Assembly (NCBI GenBank): GCA_951406725.2
Contig: OX597824.1
Span: 45,198,001-45,262,000 of the forward strand
Direction of reading: 5' to 3'
DNA: 64,000 nucleotides
Origin: Octopus vulgaris
Taxonomy: Eukaryota
The position numbers were made by a program, and so were the translations under genes. Shown piece by piece: positions 61,837-64,000 of this stretch; position 1 is the first letter of the stretch, and each line of letters opens with the position of its first letter. The notes under the pieces were generated by a model. The model searched no databases, was not told the DNA's origin, and worked only from the letters and a program-made list of their open reading frames with translations.

Positions 61837-63257
61837 TCAATATCAATAAATCTGAAATGAGAAAGTTTGTTTGTTTGTCTGGTTTTGGCATTGGAATGGG
61901 TTAAAGGACACTAGATCCCGTCGGATTCGCTCCAAAATTTACAGGGACATGTAAAATGAGGTGAGGATGTGAGTGAGCTAGGTTAGAAATCCCTATCTCA
62001 AAAGCTGTGGTTACTAGGGCAAAAAATCTCACACTTTGACATGTCTTTGTCGTTTCTCTCATTCTCTTATCTGCTTGTCTTTCTCCTTCTCTCTCTCTTT
62101 CCTCCCTTCCCTTCACTTTCTCTCTATAACGACGTTTCACAGCGTCTACTATCTTTCCCCTGCCACTTTCGCCAGTGCTGTCACTCTTTCTTCCACTTAC
62201 TCTCTCTCTCTCTCTACGTCTGTCTGCATTCATAGAGAGAATGAGAACAAATGTTATGAATCAGATATTTATTGGGTTAATTTATATATGTGTGTGTGTG
62301 TTCTATATATAAATATGTATATATAATGTATATGTACAAAGTGTATATATCTGTATTTATATATATATATATATATATATAATTTGTATATATAATGCAT
62401 ACACACACACATATATGTAATGCATATATATGTACACATATATATATATATATATATAATGTGTGCATTATGTGGTCGGTTGAGCTGAAAATATGCACAC
62501 CTATGTTAAAAGTGCTGGCGAGTTTGCATAGCAACTATTTTTTTCCACAAATGAAAGGCGTGACCTCTAGGACAAAATTCCTCAACTTACAAAATGTGGC
62601 CTGAGTAGACCCGAATGAAATCGGGTTATTTAGGAATTCTCTGTACATCAAGCTAAAAAAATTGCGCCACCCTTTAAATCGTCAATGTGTTGCCGTCCAT
62701 GATGAAGAAGTTTTGAATGTTTGCCATGGTGAGTCTACTGTTGTGAGAAAGAATCACTTCAAAACTTGGTGTTTAGGAATTTTCTTTTACATCAAGTTCA
62801 AAATTTTATGCCAGCTGTTAAACTGGCACTATGTTGCTGTCCGTCATTAAGAAATGCCAGCTATGGTGAGTCTATTATCCTCAGATTCTATCCCTTCAAA
62901 CTTTGGTTTCCAATATTTTTTTATTTTTATTCAGCTTGCAAGTTCGTCTGTCCCTTTTAAATGTTAGTGTTTTGCTGTCTGCCTTGAAGCAGACCTTTCC
63001 GTTGTCACTGCCTGATATTTATGATTGATCTTTCAAAATATTTCTTTCTCAACTTACTCAAGATCTTTTGTTGTTTATAAATGGGAGAGAGAGAGTAAGA
63101 GAAAGCGAGGGAGAGTCCAAGAGAAAGGAAGAGTAAGAGAGTGGGAAAGTGAGAGAGAAACAAAGAGGGAGAATGTGGTGATAAAAAACAGAAAGGAAGC
63201 AACTGAAGGTAACAACCACACTCTTACCCGCGCGTAGAGCGGGTCACCTTAAGTTAG
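61837..63257 (+). mobile_element. Putative non-autonomous Helitron
   Basis: 5' A|TCaatatcaataaatctg..gtttgtttgtctg; 3' GC hairpin acccgcgcgtagagcgggt ~10 nt before a degenerate TTAG|T terminus. Confidence 0.55.
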
Positions 63258-63276
63258 TTATCTTATAGTAGCAATG

Positions 63277-63793
63277 CATGGAAAAATCATGGATTACATG
63301 GAAAAATGCAAGCATGAAAAGTAATATTCTTAAGCTTATAAACCTGGAAAAGTACAAGACAAGTTATTACACTTGGAAAAGTATAGGACAAGCTATTACT
63401 TCTAGTAAAGTAACGAATAAGAATATTTTTACTTAAAATATTTCAGCTAAAATTAAAATTTGAATATTAAAAATTATTTTATTATAGTTTACAAATAACA
63501 CTATACTTATTTAATTAGAATTTGGCTAATTTACTACCTTAAATACAGAAAAAAGTGATGAATTAAACAAACTTACAAATTAGCAGAACAGTTTTGTACA
63601 ATAAATTTAAAAGATGAGAACTGTAAAGAGTGATAAATTAGAAGAAATGGCATTCTTTGCTGCAATATTTTAAGTAAAAAGTTTCTTATTTACTTTTCCA
63701 GGTGTAATAACTTGTCTTTTACTTTTCCAGGTTTATAATCTTAAGAATATTACTTTTCATGCTCGCATTTTCCATAAATGCTTGCATTTTTCC
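63277..63793. mobile_element. MITE with ~90-100 bp TIRs containing ggaaaagta sub-repeats
   Basis: 63297-63383 is nearly the reverse complement of 63691-63776. Confidence 0.75.
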
Positions 63794-63818
63794 AAAATAT
63801 ACTTACATACATACATGT

Positions 63819-63867
<49 letters not shown>

Positions 63868-63892
63868 TATTATATGTACATATATATATATG

Positions 63893-63949
<57 letters not shown>

Positions 63950-64000
63950 AGGAAATAGCAAGGGTAAGATGTTGTGTAGTGTGTTTAATAGTATGGTCCA

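Overview
AT-rich animal genomic DNA, most likely octopus/coleoid cephalopod (inferred from the SINE/LINE complement and the giant TA-rich microsatellites). Bases ~560-22316 (minus strand) carry one complete 19-exon gene for an hnRNP U-family protein (hnRNPUL1-like, 817 aa by my exon assembly): SAP, acidic tract, RS-like segment, SPRY, P-loop AAA_33/PNK-like domain, then an RGG/Gly-Tyr low-complexity tail. All 18 introns are GT-AG with consistent phases. The introns contain several candidate poison or cassette exons, and the 3' end allows three alternative C-termini. Bases ~23000-64000 hold no recognisable host gene and are mostly transposon remnants: piggyBac, mariner, pogo, Merlin and hAT MITEs, Helitron pieces, RTE, CR1, R4/Dong and Penelope retroelements, several tRNA-derived SINE families and multi-kb (TA)n-based arrays. 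The most notable items are an RTE LINE family with a PHD-type zinc finger inserted inside its reverse transcriptase, a tRNA-headed SINE carrying a hammerhead-like motif, further degenerate hammerhead and HDV-like ribozyme motifs, and the splicing-regulation candidates in the hnRNP gene. All calls were made by eye with no database search.
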